Source of the DNA: Phoronis australis
Taxonomy: Eukaryota > Animalia > Phoronida
DNA length: 64,000 bases
Assembly: GCA_002633005.1 (NCBI GenBank)
Contig: NMRA01000112.1
Location: forward strand, 116,819 to 180,818
Direction: 5' to 3'
Under the pieces are notes generated by a model. The model had not been told where the DNA came from. It did no database searches and was given only the letters and a program-made list of their open reading frames with translations. Position 1 is the first letter of the stretch. Every line of letters starts with the position of its first letter. The position numbers and the translations under genes are program-made. This document shows, in pieces, positions 1 to 14,600 of the stretch.

Positions 1-669
1 CTTTCTCATATACTGTCTCAGTATGATAGCTTTCAAAAAGTTTAGCGATGTCTTTGACTAGAGTCAACGCAGTTATGGCAAAGACTCAAATGGAAACCAG
101 ATGAAAAATATTAGATCGTTTGGAAATTGACCAAAAATTTTACTGGTTTTTGGCAAGAGGGGTTGTGGTCAACTTTTTCTGAAAACTCAAATATTCTGCA
201 AAAATTTGATTTTGAAGGTTACGGTAAAATCTCTTTAATTTATGCATAATAATGTCGGACAAGTCAAATTTTATTCATCATTGTTTATAAGATGTGTATG
301 AGCAAATTAAAAAGTTTTTCCATGTTGAAATTCTGTACCATAGCTACCGTCAGAACATGTTTTGAAAATTGTGTGCTAGGCGACCTTGAGAAAGGACAAC
401 AGGGTAATTTCGACATTCAATTATTTTAGTCTGGAATTGTTGAGCTTTTAGGCTAAAGTGTTTTCTGAATCATAGACATTGAATGTGTTGTTCTGTTATA
501 AAACTTTATGATTAGTGTAGAGGATTAAAATGTTTCTTAATTATGAACATATACTGTCTCTTGCAGTTTATTTCAAGAAAATATTTAGATTTCTCAAATG
601 TCAGACACATTTTTGTGGAACTCAAAGAGTGCAGGCAACAAATTCCATTTCACTGTTGTGTCTTTCCAG

Positions 670-1462
670 ATCTCTCACTAGATGGCAGTGGTTTGTTGAT
701 GCGTTCCTTATAGGAGTTGGCATGGTAGGGTAAGTAAACAATTCAGCGTGACGAGTGAAATACAATTATGACCTTTTCACAGATGTGCAAGACAGTCTGA
801 TTGCTTGGAGCTTTTCTATCACACTTCATAACTTCATGTTTAACTTGTCATTTTGAAATTCTTATTGTTGAATAACCAACCATCCTAATTTTCAGTAAGA
901 AAGACAAAAAACATCACCTTCATGTTGGTATTAATGTGTTAACATCTTAGCAATTTAGGACTCAATGTGGTGGATAACAGAAATTCCCATTTTTAATGAC
1001 AGACAAGTTGTACCAAATCAATGCTTCACTAGTTTTAAGCTTCATCTCATTTCTTGTCATCAGATGGGATCTCGAGTAGTTATGAGCATTCACAGTGACG
1101 TTAAAAGTATAAAAATGAAATAATTTAAAAAGATCAAATTTTGGCGCTATTTTTTGTCTGAAATTGGTGTGAATTCAACATTATTAAATAATGCAAGGCG
1201 GTGATAGTTGTTAGCCAGAGAAAACAGTGATATTACAAGTTATTGTAATTTGTCATAATTAAGATTGCTCACACGGAACAGTTGTCAGGAGTGCTGTTTA
1301 CTGTTTTACAGAACTGTGATTGGTGTAATGGACGCTATGTCACGACTGAGGAGCGAGTCCAACTCGAGTACCCAGGAGAGAGACAACACAATCAAGTTAT
1401 TGCAGCAAAACTTGACGGATGCCATAAGTGTGATCAAGTCCATCAATAAAACAACCCCATGA
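670..1462 (+). CDS. Last two coding exons (670-729, 1312-1462) of a probable Aa_trans (SLC36/SLC38/SLC32-like) amino-acid transporter; 5' part lies outside the window
   Basis: tttccag|ATCT...GTAGG|gtaagt and ttttacag|AACT... join in frame to give SLTRWQWFVDAFLIGVGMVGTVIGVMDAMSRLRSES...KTTP*. The W-x3-D-x2-hydrophobic-G-x2-G-x3-G helix resembles the last TM helix of Aa_trans proteins. The family call rests on one helix. Confidence 0.55.
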
Positions 1463-4230
1463 TATCTTGGACCTTTGGGCAGATTCTTGAAATGCAGACA
1501 TGCATTATGAGCAATGGGATAGTCAGACTCATCTACTGGAACTTTGTTGAAACCTAGGTTGAATATTTAGGATAAATTAGGTGCCATGAAAATATGCATG
1601 GAATAGCTTTTTGGGTATGATGGGGCATTGAACATGGCCTTTTGTTAAAATTGTTCTCAAAATGTCTTTCTCCGCTGTGTCATTACAATTGTCATCACAG
1701 TCATCTTCATCGTCATCATTCTCAAGATGTCACGGTTGTCACTGTTGTAGCTAATGTCTCATTCAAGAGTGCCTTTACATGTAACTACTACTTGCATATT
1801 CCCAACTCTTCTTCATTTTCAGCTCATGTTTTGGGAAACTAAAAACTTTGGCCAGTGATTACCAAGTGGTAAAATAATATCATTCTGTCAATGTTGTCGT
1901 ACACATGTAGGTAAATAGAAGTTGAAGCTTTAACCAGGGTTTTTCATTTGATTTCATTACACTCTTTACATTCACTCTATTTTAAAATTTGTTCAGGTTT
2001 ACTCAAGCGTTTCAGAAACATAGGCTTAACTTCCTCTGTTGACACGTGACCTCAAAGAACGGGGTTAGAATCAGCTGTCAGGTGGTTTTAATTCTAGTCA
2101 TATCTGTTTGGTTTAGAATTGCCATGGAGTGTTGTAGGATGTATTTCATGGTTTGACCCATAGGTAGATTTAGATTGACTATGTTTTTGGGGGGGTCGGA
2201 ATTAATCTAGAAAGCGTTGGATACATCATGCAGACTTAGTAGAGCAAACTTTTCCCTGAATTATTGTAAATCTGATAATTCCAGCAGTTACTGGAGTTTT
2301 GAATCAAACTTTGTAAAAATAAAATGCAGTAGACTAACTCTTCTCGTGTTATTGGAATGTACAATTTACCATTTTTTGGTGTAATCCTTCTCACTGTTGA
2401 ACATCAAATGAATGTAGAAGTCAGATGTGGTATCTGTTGAAATCGTTTAAGTGCTGAATTACATTGCCGTATGAGCTTGAATTTATCAAATGTGCTAAAT
2501 TTTCGTGCAATCAAGGAATTAAATTATGAATGTGAAATGGTAAGAGTCTAACGTGGCACGCATTACATAGTCGCGAGATATAGCCATCCATTACAAAGGA
2601 AACATGTGGTCATACTAGTTTTAACTATCACGATTCTCACATCTACAGAACTCTGCCCAGTTCTCTCAGAAAAGTGCCTCTTTAATAGCAATGGTGCCTC
2701 ATTCTTATAAGGACCTTGGATTGTACATTGCATTCAGCTTTGACGAGTTAAACTTTTTTTTTTTGACTGTTGAAGCTGTTCTCCAAAAGTCTGTACTATT
2801 AAAGAATCTGTTTTTGCAATCAATTGGTGGATACATAATGTGGCAAGTGATTAAAACACATTAAATAATATTTTATAGTTACTGTTGCCATGTATGTCCT
2901 AATATAGGGTGATCACTCTCAAAATTCTCAATCACTATGGAAATATAACAAATTCAGTGCATACTGACTCATATGGTGATGCTATAACTTTGTGGATGGA
3001 TCATCCATAGACTTTATTTTATTCTTACAAATTTGAAAAAAAGTGATTTAATGTACAATTTCATCAGCTTGTTTCTTCGAGTCATTTTGGTAAGTTTTGA
3101 ATCGATGTCTAACAGGACTGCTTGTCCATTTCCAATTACAAGTACTAAACCAGATTCTGAAGGGCAAGGTACTCTGGTAAAGTATTGCAACTTGGTGTTT
3201 CAATAGACATTTTGAAAATTCAATGAGATGCTCATTTATGTTTGAATTTTGTCAAACACGATGTGACACAGATTGTCACTTGAGGTTTTGTTAGTCTGGG
3301 AGATGGGAAATTAGAACATCAAGCTTGAAGTTTGCCACACATCTTTTGTGTTTTCATATAATTTAAGAATTAGTATTAAAATAGAATCCGTCCACAATCT
3401 GCGTTATGTATTTTGGTTCCATTGTAAATCACATGCACAGTCAAAATTGGGCCGAGTTCTGTTGACAATGGAGTGGTGACCTTTGGTACTATATGTTGAT
3501 CAGAAGGAAATGCCAACAGAATTGAATTGTCACTTCTTAAGTGACACATATCTGCAACATATTTCATTGCCGTGTGGCTAGTGCCTCGATACAAAACATT
3601 TTATTTTCTCCTAGGGTAAATTAGTTTTCTATATTTCTGTCAGTACCTGTAATCTAAGTTGTTGATGTTTCGGTAGAAACCGCACAGAATTAAAGTTTTT
3701 CAGATAGTTTGAAAAGTTATGGTGGTTTTGAGACTAGTTGAATGATCTGTTTATTCAAAATGCTCAAAGTTATTTTTGATAATCAGCAGACAAAAGTGTT
3801 TGCCACAATTGTCATTTTCAAAGTTGTACTACCATCAGGCTTTTGTTTTACGCAATATATCGACAAATGTAAAATTTCAGTTTTTTACCATATTGTACTA
3901 AATTGATGAAGCTTTCTCCATCGTGGTTGGTAAATAGATGAAGTATAGGTTGATAAAGGGACCATGCAATGAACAATGGAGTTTATTGAACAGTAATTAC
4001 TATGTTGGCAAACTGCATGTGGGTATTGTATCGTTATTGTAAACAGCAATTATTTGGTTTTACATTCTGTGAGTCATTGTCGGGCCAGCAAAATAAAAAC
4101 CGTAGAGGGAAAATTGTGCTTGACAGTTGTGTTTAAGGAGCAACACTGGCCAACAAATTTTGCATTTTATTTCCAACTGTTCCATACTTGACCAGCTGCA
4201 ATGCAGTTGCTGTTTATAAAGATTTTTTAA

Positions 4231-4582
4231 AAGGATACCAAACCCGGTCTTGGCCTATTATTAATAGATGTTGAAAACGACGTACCTATATTCTTCGAAA
4301 CAAAATAATTATCTGTAACTCTCGGCAAGTGTCAAAGGTTGGAGGAAAATTTGAAAACTAATTTTCAAAGTCTATTCAACTGGCAAGCGTGACCTAAGGT
4401 TTTAGAGAATTCCAAGGTAATATGGGGAAAGGCCACCAATTAATAATGATATCCAATCTGTGACTTAGGGAGTACGAGTTTTTTTATCGATTCCTGCTCT
4501 TTCAAGATTGACGCCAATGATGCATTAGCAGGTGAGAGAATGAGGATGGGATGAAAATGTCAAGATATGATTTAGTATCCTT
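4231..4582. mobile_element. Non-autonomous TTAA-targeting (Kolobok-like) MITE
   Basis: ttaa|AAGGATACCAAA ... TTTAGTATCCTT|ttaa: 12-bp TIR with 1 mismatch, TTAA on both sides, RR..YY termini. The same right end recurs near 48480-48497 (gtttggtatccttttaa). Confidence 0.65.
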
Positions 4583-5698
4583 TTAAGGCATTTCAGTTTC
4601 ACATTGCGTCCATGTTCAAAATACACACAAATTGAGTTACTTCAAAACAAATTCACTTGTTGTGTAGACTGCACACGACTAATTAAAAGGCAACCAATAT
4701 TTCTCAAACCAACTTTATTGAGATTCTAAATCACTACTATTCAGCCTCAAATTATTCAATCCTTATAAAATATGACGCACCTCAATACATACAATTCTTA
4801 AAAATCTATTAAAACGTAAATCAACCAAGAATATAATTATTTCATAACATACAAAATTTCTGATCATGACACAAAAGATGTTTAAACCAAACACATACAA
4901 TACTGGTTTATTGAGCTAAGGCTAAAAACTTGCCTCTAACACGAGGAATACGAAATAATATCTTTATTGCGAGTGTTCACAAATGTTTGACCACAGCGTT
5001 AGTGCAAGTGATATTAGATGTTTAAGTGAGTGGCTTCAATTTATGAACACTCGTCACAAACCAACAACTATCCTACAAACAAAATTATCAAACAATACAT
5101 TCAAACTTCAAATGGACGGAAATTCAATAAATGGAATGTTTTCAATTTGAGCACAATGGAGTAAGTTGTTTTGGCTTTATTGTGTAAACGTGTTACTAAT
5201 AGAAAAATTAATACATTGAGTTGAATAGGATGGAATGGCTTCATAAAAGAACAGATTAGTCTTCGTCAACAAAAGAATATGTGTTAGAATTTCAAATGGT
5301 TGTTATTAAAATTGTGATCAGTGACATCAAAAATAAATTAACATTTCCACATAGCCTAGAAACATTGGCTATTACAGTTTGGATTTGTTTATTGTAAATA
5401 TCTGGGACCAATCTTTGAATTATGTTAGCAAGGAGTCATATGCACAGTCAGGTAATCATAAAATCAAGAAAAAAATCAGCAGTAATCACATCTATAAAAA
5501 CAGCAATATATATTTTACCCTTTTAAAAATATATTTCAGTATTTACTAATCTACATCAAAACTGCATTCTGCAAAGCCAACACCTCACCTAGATGTTACT
5601 ACATACACACAAGAGAACCGGTTCACTCGGCTGAGAAGTTATTAACCAAAGCTTAGATGTTATTTGGCTAGTCTAACAACTGGTCAACCAATCAAATG

Positions 5699-8600
5699 TT
5701 AGTAGTTTGAAAGCGAGGTTGAGGCAGTGTACGGGCGCACAGGAGAAGGGGATCTCCTGGAACTGCGGCTACTGCTACGCAAACCTGAATTGAAAATACA
5801 AAACGAAATGGTTACTACGACGACAGGTGGATGAGGTCAAAGGCAGAAACACACAACACAACACAACACTGGGGGTGTCAAAGGCTTTGCTGAAATATTG
5901 CAGGTATTGTTAATAATATGTGCATATCAATCTATGCATTTTTTATACTTTTCACACTTAAATTAATCAGTCCTTGGATTTGAACCACTCTAGTCAGTTT
6001 ACATGATTCTTAAAAGTTTGCAAAAGAATTACTGACAATTTCATAAAACAACGTGGGTTTGGGTTTTTTGTTCATCCAGTATTTTGCGGACCTCCTTCCA
6101 CCTGCAAACACATGGCACTTGCTGGAAAGCAATTTTGAATGCCAACACAGAAAGGAAATTTAGAGAGCCAAATGCCACAGTTTTCAATACAGTTTGTGAA
6201 ATGTCTAGTATGAAGATGTGAACATTCATACTCATACAGAGTATAGACTCATACAGCAAAGCTCAAAGATACCCAATTAAACCAACTGAAATAAAGCAGT
6301 CGAGAATTAGCCATGCACACAAAGTTATTAAAGGATGACGAGTGTCTCATATGACACTTAGATGTCTGATAATCTTGAGGATTGACGGCTAGATGGCCGT
6401 GCTGTGGTACTGCCAGCACGAGATGCCGAACTTCCGGGACGTGCTGAAATACGATGAACGCACAGTGTACGGAGTAATCACCACTGACAGCAAATAAACA
6501 CAGACACAACTCATAACCAAATACGAACGCTGAGCTCAATTTCAAAGCCGTGGTTCCCATTCACATTAACTTTGTTGTTTTTGTTTTTCATGATTTCTGC
6601 ACGTTTTCTAAGACATAATTTTCATTTTCAATGAATGTTTTTCCCCACAAAAAATAATGATGAGTAGTATGGTTGCTGCCAAACATAACTGACTACATGA
6701 AGTCCTGATATGACTCACAAAATTATTTTTTTTCTTGAGTTTATCTATAGGCAAATTCTCATCAGCAAAAATTACCCATTTATTTTTCCACAAATTTTCC
6801 CACCTCGAAAACAATTTTGTCATCGTCCACATTTTCCATGTTGAGTGGGAACCAGACATAACACATAATACCAGGTGATAGTATAAAACTGTCTACACAC
6901 CATAAAACACAGCAATACAATAGTCAAGGTTTCTTACCAAGAGGACTTGAGCGGCCACTCATAGAGGCACTGAATGACCCATTCAAATCCGGACTCCCAA
7001 TACGACGAGGACTAGGCGAGCGACTACGAGCTCTCGATGGACTAAATGAGCGACTAGGGCTCATCGGACGAGAGGGGCTGCGGCTCCTTCGTGGAGAGGA
7101 CTGAAAGTAAAGAAACTGAGAGTTAATAGGGTCGTGTAATACCACCATCTCGCTTTCCTTACACATTTCATCTCGAGAGGAATTTTAAAAAGAGGCTGAA
7201 TGAACATCCTGTTGGTTAACAAAATTTTCGAAAAACAAATTCTTTTAGTTGGCTGATCTTATTCATATTCTAGGTAAATATGGTGAGTAATATTTCAACA
7301 GGATACTGGCGGATTGAAAAAAGTATTAAAATAATAGACAACACAGAAACACAACATGAACTGTGAGTAGAGATACAGAAATTTTCCATAGCCAAGATCA
7401 AGAAAAGGATAAATGATAAGGAAACAGAGAAAAACGATTAACTGCTTTACTACCTTGCGACACACTTTCAATTAACATGAACTGCATCTGATTAATACTC
7501 TCTTAATCCCCGTGACCTGCATAGACAACTGGGAGTGGAAGCTTTGGAAGTCAAGATTCGTTTGTACAGCTGCGTCACATAGTCAAGACCACGCCTTCGA
7601 CACCTGGGTGGGGTTCTATAAGGACAGTCGACCATTGGCAGGTCTGCTCCTGATGAGACAGACGAGTCCATGGACAATGTCGACAGTCTCTCGCAGAGAT
7701 ACTGTTCGTTACGTCTCACTGGACGATGAGATGGAGACTTCCTGGAAACATACGGCGACATTCGAGACATAGCTGGAGATCTTGCAGAAAATGCTGGAGA
7801 TTTCTTTGACACTGCTGGGTATTTCTTAGTTACTGCAGATCTTTTAGAAACAACTGCTGATTTTTTAGCTGTCGTTATTTTTTGCCTTGCTACATTTGTA
7901 CCCTTCCTTTCATTCTTCTGCACCTTGTGCCTGTATGACTCTCTGTTTCCTGCTTTTTCTGATTTGGATTTATTCCCCTTAATGACCACAGTAACGCTGC
8001 GTTCAGACTCTGGTGTCCGTAAAGATTTGGAACAGCCAAGTCTCCATAACTGGTCCTGACCATGTGACCATTTACGGCAGCAGGGGCGTCGTCTGTCGTC
8101 GTCCAATAAGGAATTCGCATTCCCAAGAGACCTTTGACTTGATACTTGTGACCTTAACGAGGCACCAGACATGGAAGAACTTCCAAAGGCTTTCAAAGCT
8201 GGTTCGAGTAGACCACTACGATGATTCACGTAACTACAAGAGGATTGTGCTGCACAGGGACTTGAATGGGGTCTCGCGGAACGGTCAATTGTAAATGAGC
8301 GTGACGAACTTGGTAATGGCCATTCGTTTATTTCACAATCGCACATCTAGAGTAAAAGAGTGAAAGTAGAGGCAAAGAGGAATGAAGCGACAGAGAAAGG
8401 TGAGAGAGTTGGATTGTGGTGTAGGTTTAGGCTAGTCAGTATGCTTGCAGGTGGGTGAGAAGCAAGTAAAACTACAGAACAGGGACAAGAACACAAGTCA
8501 AACACGGTGATCATGAGTATTACTGAATGTATGCCAGGTGAAATTTCACCAATTTTGGGACAAAAACAACAGTCAAAATTGATCTTTCCCCAAATGTTGT

Positions 8601-11600
8601 GAATGCTCAAAATTTCTTAACAATTTTCAGTACTATGCATGGTACTTATAATTCCAAAATAATAAAGCATTTATTTGGTACTACTTATCTTGACTTAACA
8701 TGAAGATATACAAGGTCTAAAAAGCTGTAAATTGGTATTGAAATTCATACAAAATCACAAAACCAGTTGTACCAAATTTGAGCTTTATCCTGAACTTCAA
8801 TTACATAAATTAGTATCCCAGCATTTAATTTAAACACCAAACTGTCCCAAAAATGATATCATATGAAAGCCCAGTATACACTGCACAGCACAAATTGTCG
8901 CAAAATCATTTGCTGCTGTCTTGTTGTACCTTCTGAAGTGTTCTTAATTATGCAAAAAACAGATGACTAGACACATTACCAGCGAGGCACCGCGACGCGT
9001 CACACACTCTCCCTTAGTGATGATGCGAATACCCTGCATGAGGCACGGCCAGACATGGTGGTTCACCAGAGGGGCCGTGTACTCTGAGTCGTAGCTACGA
9101 CGATACCTGCAAACAATATGGTGTGCCATTGCCAACTGAGAGAATCAATTACAGCACGTGACAACTTCCATTAAACCAGTTTTTCACTGACTGGTAAAAC
9201 ATGGTAATTTGATGGACAACTGCTCGTAATCATACATTCAAATTGCTTCCCTAAAGCTCACTGTCAACTGATACCAGTGCCCGAGATCAAAACATTTTCT
9301 TGAAACTTGACTCATAAATTAAACAGTCCCATTGCATAAAATATGAATGCTTATCTGAATGGTATGGCACCATTGCTCAATTTTTGAGTCGAGTCTCCAG
9401 CAAAATTTGTTAATCTCGAGCCCAGGTTTAGATGAAAACTCTTGGGTTCATACGACTTCAGTTCCCAAGGCCGCCTCCCGCACATGTCTTACGACACAAG
9501 ACTAGGATTACACAACTGACAAGGGACAGAGAGGAAAACTTACTTCAGAATATTTTTCAAATATCAAACATACATGTAATGAAAAGATTCTTTAGTTTAA
9601 TGCCTCTCATATATTTTTTACAAAACATACTTGTTGTCGTCAAACAGCTCTGCGTCCGTTGCCAGGGAGATATCCAGCGGGTGAGCCAGAGAGCTCATCT
9701 GCCAAGCCAGCTTACATGCTTCGCGGATGAATGGATTGATGATTGTGTAGTTTACATCAAATGGCAGCGAGATCTTCAGATTGCGGTTCAGGCCTCTGAT
9801 AACATCCTGCAATGATTACAGGGCATTTGCGAAACAATCAGCAATACAACCAAATATATATAAGCCACAATCAAAGTTTCAAATTCAGCCTCCTAGAGCA
9901 AGCCCCTTCTGTTTGGAAAGACATAAATTCTCCCATAACATGCAGCAACACATATATTTAACACAGCCTTTAATTCTATAACATTATGCAGAATATTTTT
10001 CCTGTTAGCAACAAAGAAGTGAATCCACTCATATTTGAACCTTAAAAGGTTCAATAATGAAGGACCTTATTGACCAGTGTGGATTTATCCAAATGTACAC
10101 AAAAAAGCCATTCTCTAAGATTTTAACTGTCAATAAAAGTATATTTTCTGAAAGTTGAAAGCCTTTAGAATTTGATTTTGGACTTTATATCAATCTGGTA
10201 TAATGGGGTCACATGACCGTGCCTTTTTAGTAAAATTTAGCAAAGAAAGGTAACATGGCCAAATTTCATTTGACGTTAATGTTTCAGACAAAATCTCAAA
10301 AAGGCTGTTGTAATTTTTTAAATTATCAGTTCGTTTTCATCTTATTCAACTTCTGAGTTTTTCTCAAAGTCCTAAATGTTGATGGCTCCTCATGCAAAAG
10401 TGCTGAAGTTTTAGAGAACAATGCATAAAGCATAGTATCTGAAGGTTTCACATGTATCCGATCAGCCATTTCTGAGACATGATGATCTGAATTTGCCAAA
10501 TCTGGACATTGTCTAGATATTACATAATCTTAAAATTCATACCCAGAAGTTTAGAGCTCACTTCATCATGATCAATTTTATTCTGCCTCGGAATTATAGA
10601 AAAAAACTTCAGGCAAGTTATGACAGGAAAAATTTAGCCATTTTATAGACAACGCTACCAAACCATCAGACAGAATCAGTGAAGGAAAACAAAGTTAAGA
10701 TATGCTGTAAAGAATCAGACCATACCGAAACAAGTAGTGGCAGGTCATACAAGTCTGTGTTCCTGTTGATGTAGTCCTGAACCGCCTCTTCCAAAGTCTC
10801 AGGACCATAATGTGTAGCTGCCAAGTTGGAGCGAACTTTTGACTTGAACTGCTGGAACGCGAGCTTGGCAGCAGTGAATGCTTCCTGTAAAGTGAAAGGC
10901 ATACAGATTATGTTCACTATGTAGCTCATGGGTTAAATACAGCGTGTCTAGTTTTAATATCTCTTAAAATTCACCATTTTCCTCCCTGTCGTTTGCCCCA
11001 CCATTTAGAAATTAAGTTTCACAGTCATGGCACAACCTGTCAAGAGTGTTATTATAACTGCTTACCTATTTTGTAACTGTTTCTTAAATAACATCCTTCA
11101 GAATTTGGTCTCTTGTGTTGTAAGTTAACAAAAACAATTATGGCGACACTGTTGTCAATACTGAGCAATGTAAAGAAAACACAGTATCCCCACTCCTCAG
11201 AACAATGAAACTAGAATATACTGTCTGATAGATGGTCATGTGAAGCATTGTGGGTAAATGCCACTTTCAAGACACTCCAACATAACAAAATGTAGATCTT
11301 CAACTATCCAGGAACTTCATAATACTTGTCTTCTGGACTGAATATTTTCCTATTCCTAATACCTCTGAGACCTTTTGTCTCCTTCGATAGGTCCATGTAA
11401 AATCCTAGTGGCGGGAACTCTGCACGTGGGATGCAGTGTAATTTTAGCAGCGTTATTTTCCATTCAGTCACTTACCTGCATCGCTGACATGATGATTCTT
11501 TGGTTGTTCTCATGATCATCGGAATAGCGGCGCAATGTGTCCATGGCATCAATGCGATCGCGTGAGAACAAGTCATTGTAGCGTGTGATGGCACTACTCT

Positions 11601-14600
11601 GGCGCACTCTGTGGGTGGCATCATCGGGAGCCAGAGGTGAACTCACTCGGGGCAGGTAACGATAACTGTTGAGGGACTCACTGAGATCACTGGAAATAAA
11701 AATAGTACCATGCATTACCATCTTTCTTTACCATATATAATTTTGGGATGTTTTTCCTCACAAAACTGAAGCCAATTAGGAAGCATTAAGGACTAACTCA
11801 TATCGATGGAACCATGAAACTATAACTACGTATCAATCTCTGCGGTGTGCACTATCATAAACTTTAGGATATTCTGGGCTGAGCTCCATAAACACTAGAC
11901 ACTCAGTCGACTCATGAAGTGAGAAACCTTTGCTTATGCAATGGAAAAGTTGATTTTAAAACCTAAGTCTACATTCCAGCCTTGCCGATCAATCACTTCA
12001 CTAGCGGCCATTTTGTTGGTCTACCATGACAAGGTATCAAGCTTACTCTTGAAAAACTTGCTATTCACTCGCTTGATTTTGCTTGAGCTTGCTTATATTT
12101 TTCAATGAATGAACCCGTGATTTTCCTAGATAGAGTTAACATTAGAACAGTTGAGTGCTCAAGAATAAAGATATACATTTGATAAATTATATCTGCTGAC
12201 CAGGAATTTGTAAGACATTTTAAAAGTACTGATAGCACAAAAAACTGTCATTTTGACTTGAAAATGATTTCCAATCTTCAGCTCAACAAGAACACAGATG
12301 GAGTAACCAATAAGATAACTTCACGATTATGTCTTTCACACATAACAAAATGCAAAAATAAAGATCACATTACACAGAAGTGGGTGTTGCATGATCCTGC
12401 CTACTTATACTGAAGTTCATTGCAATAACACAGCTTGGAGCAGTCAAATGACTTGGTCAACATTTAGTTTAACAACTATTACAACAGAAACATCAAGTAA
12501 CAGACACACACACAAGCGCACACACATTGGAGGTCTCGCCTTACCCAACAGATGAGGAGCCCCTCAATATGGCAATTTCGGACTTGAGACGACGGATTTG
12601 TCTCTCATACTCATCCACCAGAGAGGCACGCGCACGCAGGGTTATGATTTCATTCTGAGCATCGTGATACCTACAGTATTTAATCCACAACGTTAACAAA
12701 GCATCCTATCTAACACGAAAGGTGAGAGGTGAAAGGTTAAAACAGTGACAGTGCTAGGTCAAGGGTCAGTTGCCAGCAGATCTGAAATCAGTACAGTTAA
12801 GCATTCTACCAAACAGCCACACAGAAAGGAGAAGGGTTAAAGGTGAAAGCTGCTAGAAACCCGCCTTCTGTCAAAAAGCTTAACTCTTGATTTAGACGTT
12901 CATAATTGTAATTACAAAAAGCATCTCAACTTGACCTTACTAAGGTTACAAGTGGCCTTTAAGCTTGAGAAGAACTGACACTTCAAATGCCAACAAAATG
13001 ACAATTCTTCCTAAACCAAGAAACCACTTCTCAACTGAGACGGGGACTTGTTGAGACAAGTTTGACTTTTCTGGCAGAAAACAAGTTCACAGCAGCTTTG
13101 ACAGGTTACATCATTCTTTGTTTCTGTCCCTCTGAAAACAAAGGTCAGAGAAATTGCTCAACTAGGATTCCTTGACAAGGTATTGGAGAAACTTAAATCA
13201 ATTACACCAAACAATTTATTTTTCCAACTTGATAATCCTTTAGTTTGGAAAATATGTGATGTTGTTTGCGACAACAGTGTCTCGGATAAGGAATTTACTG
13301 AATGAATCCAGGAAAACACATAGAAGAGCAATTTCAAGTTGAGAGGCCAACTTATGTTAGAAAACAAGTTATTGCGTTCAAGCCACAACCATAGCCCTGA
13401 AAAGAAACAACAACGTTTTAGTAATGCTGTCCCTCTACCTAACAACACTCAGGTTACAACACCCAATAGCAGTGGGTTAGTGCGCTCGAGTACAGCCTCT
13501 TGAACTGCGTCCATGCAACTGCGGGCCAGTACACCATCTTACCCATTTGTCGTGGGTTCTACGTGCGGTGGTGGTAGCGCTGGAGGTGGGAGCAAGTCAT
13601 ATGGTTTGTACAGATAGTTACGTCTACCAGTCAGTATGGCGACGTCCTCTCGCAGACGGCGCACTTGGTGCTCGTAATCCGTAATGGTTCTATTCTGTTC
13701 ACGTAAAACGGCAATCTCATCTTCAGATTTTTGTAGCCTGCCACAAACATAACACGTGCAATAAGGCTCGTACTGTGTTTTGAATTTTCAAAAACATTAC
13801 ATATATGCAATTGCAACACAAGACTTAAATTCTACCCTCGTATTACTCACGGGCATTCTCTTTAACGCAGTTTTTTCTAGCACACTCCATCTGTTCTCAT
13901 AAACAATTATTCTATTATTTTGAACTTGATTTTCTCCTCATCATACACAATTTTATTATTCTAAATTCTGTTCTTTCCTCATAAATCACATTTCTTTTCA
14001 CAATTGAAAAGATGCACAAATTACATATACTTGACACTGTGCAGCAGGTACAAACAAATCAGCCTGAAAACTACAACCTTGGTTGAGTAAAAATGAATAG
14101 TGACATAAGGAAAGAACTGCAGCTCATGAGAAATGAAGTGCATTTGTGAGACAGAACGCCATTAATGGGAACACCCCTTGTGGTTTGTGAGTGAGGAAAA
14201 TGGTCTATTAACAATTATAATATATTTCTTGCACTAAAAACTTCTGAATCAATGACTTCTTTTACTCTCACGATACGATCAAAACATTTAATTTAACATA
14301 ATTTAATCAGATATAAAGCTTGCAGATCTAACAAACATAAACATAAACATTACTTTCTAAAAACAAGACTGGCCTCGATCTTAAAAAACACGATTTTGGT
14401 TGACCCCATGAAAACACAGCACAAGTTGTCGACACAAGCTCTTAAAGTACAAGCCTAAAGTATTCAGACACAATGACCCATAGTTCTCTGTCATCATGGC
14501 TGGTCAGAAATCATCATCAGAGTAATTTTCCCTCATGACAAACAATAAAAGGTGAATTAACAGGAATGCTTAAAGTGGCTAAGCCACCCTGTAATTAGAA

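Noticed and set aside
6249-6560. 103-aa minus-strand ORF, and an upstream acceptor near 6484
   Set aside because: The frame gives no Mieap-like composition; the acceptor at 6443 explains the region better.
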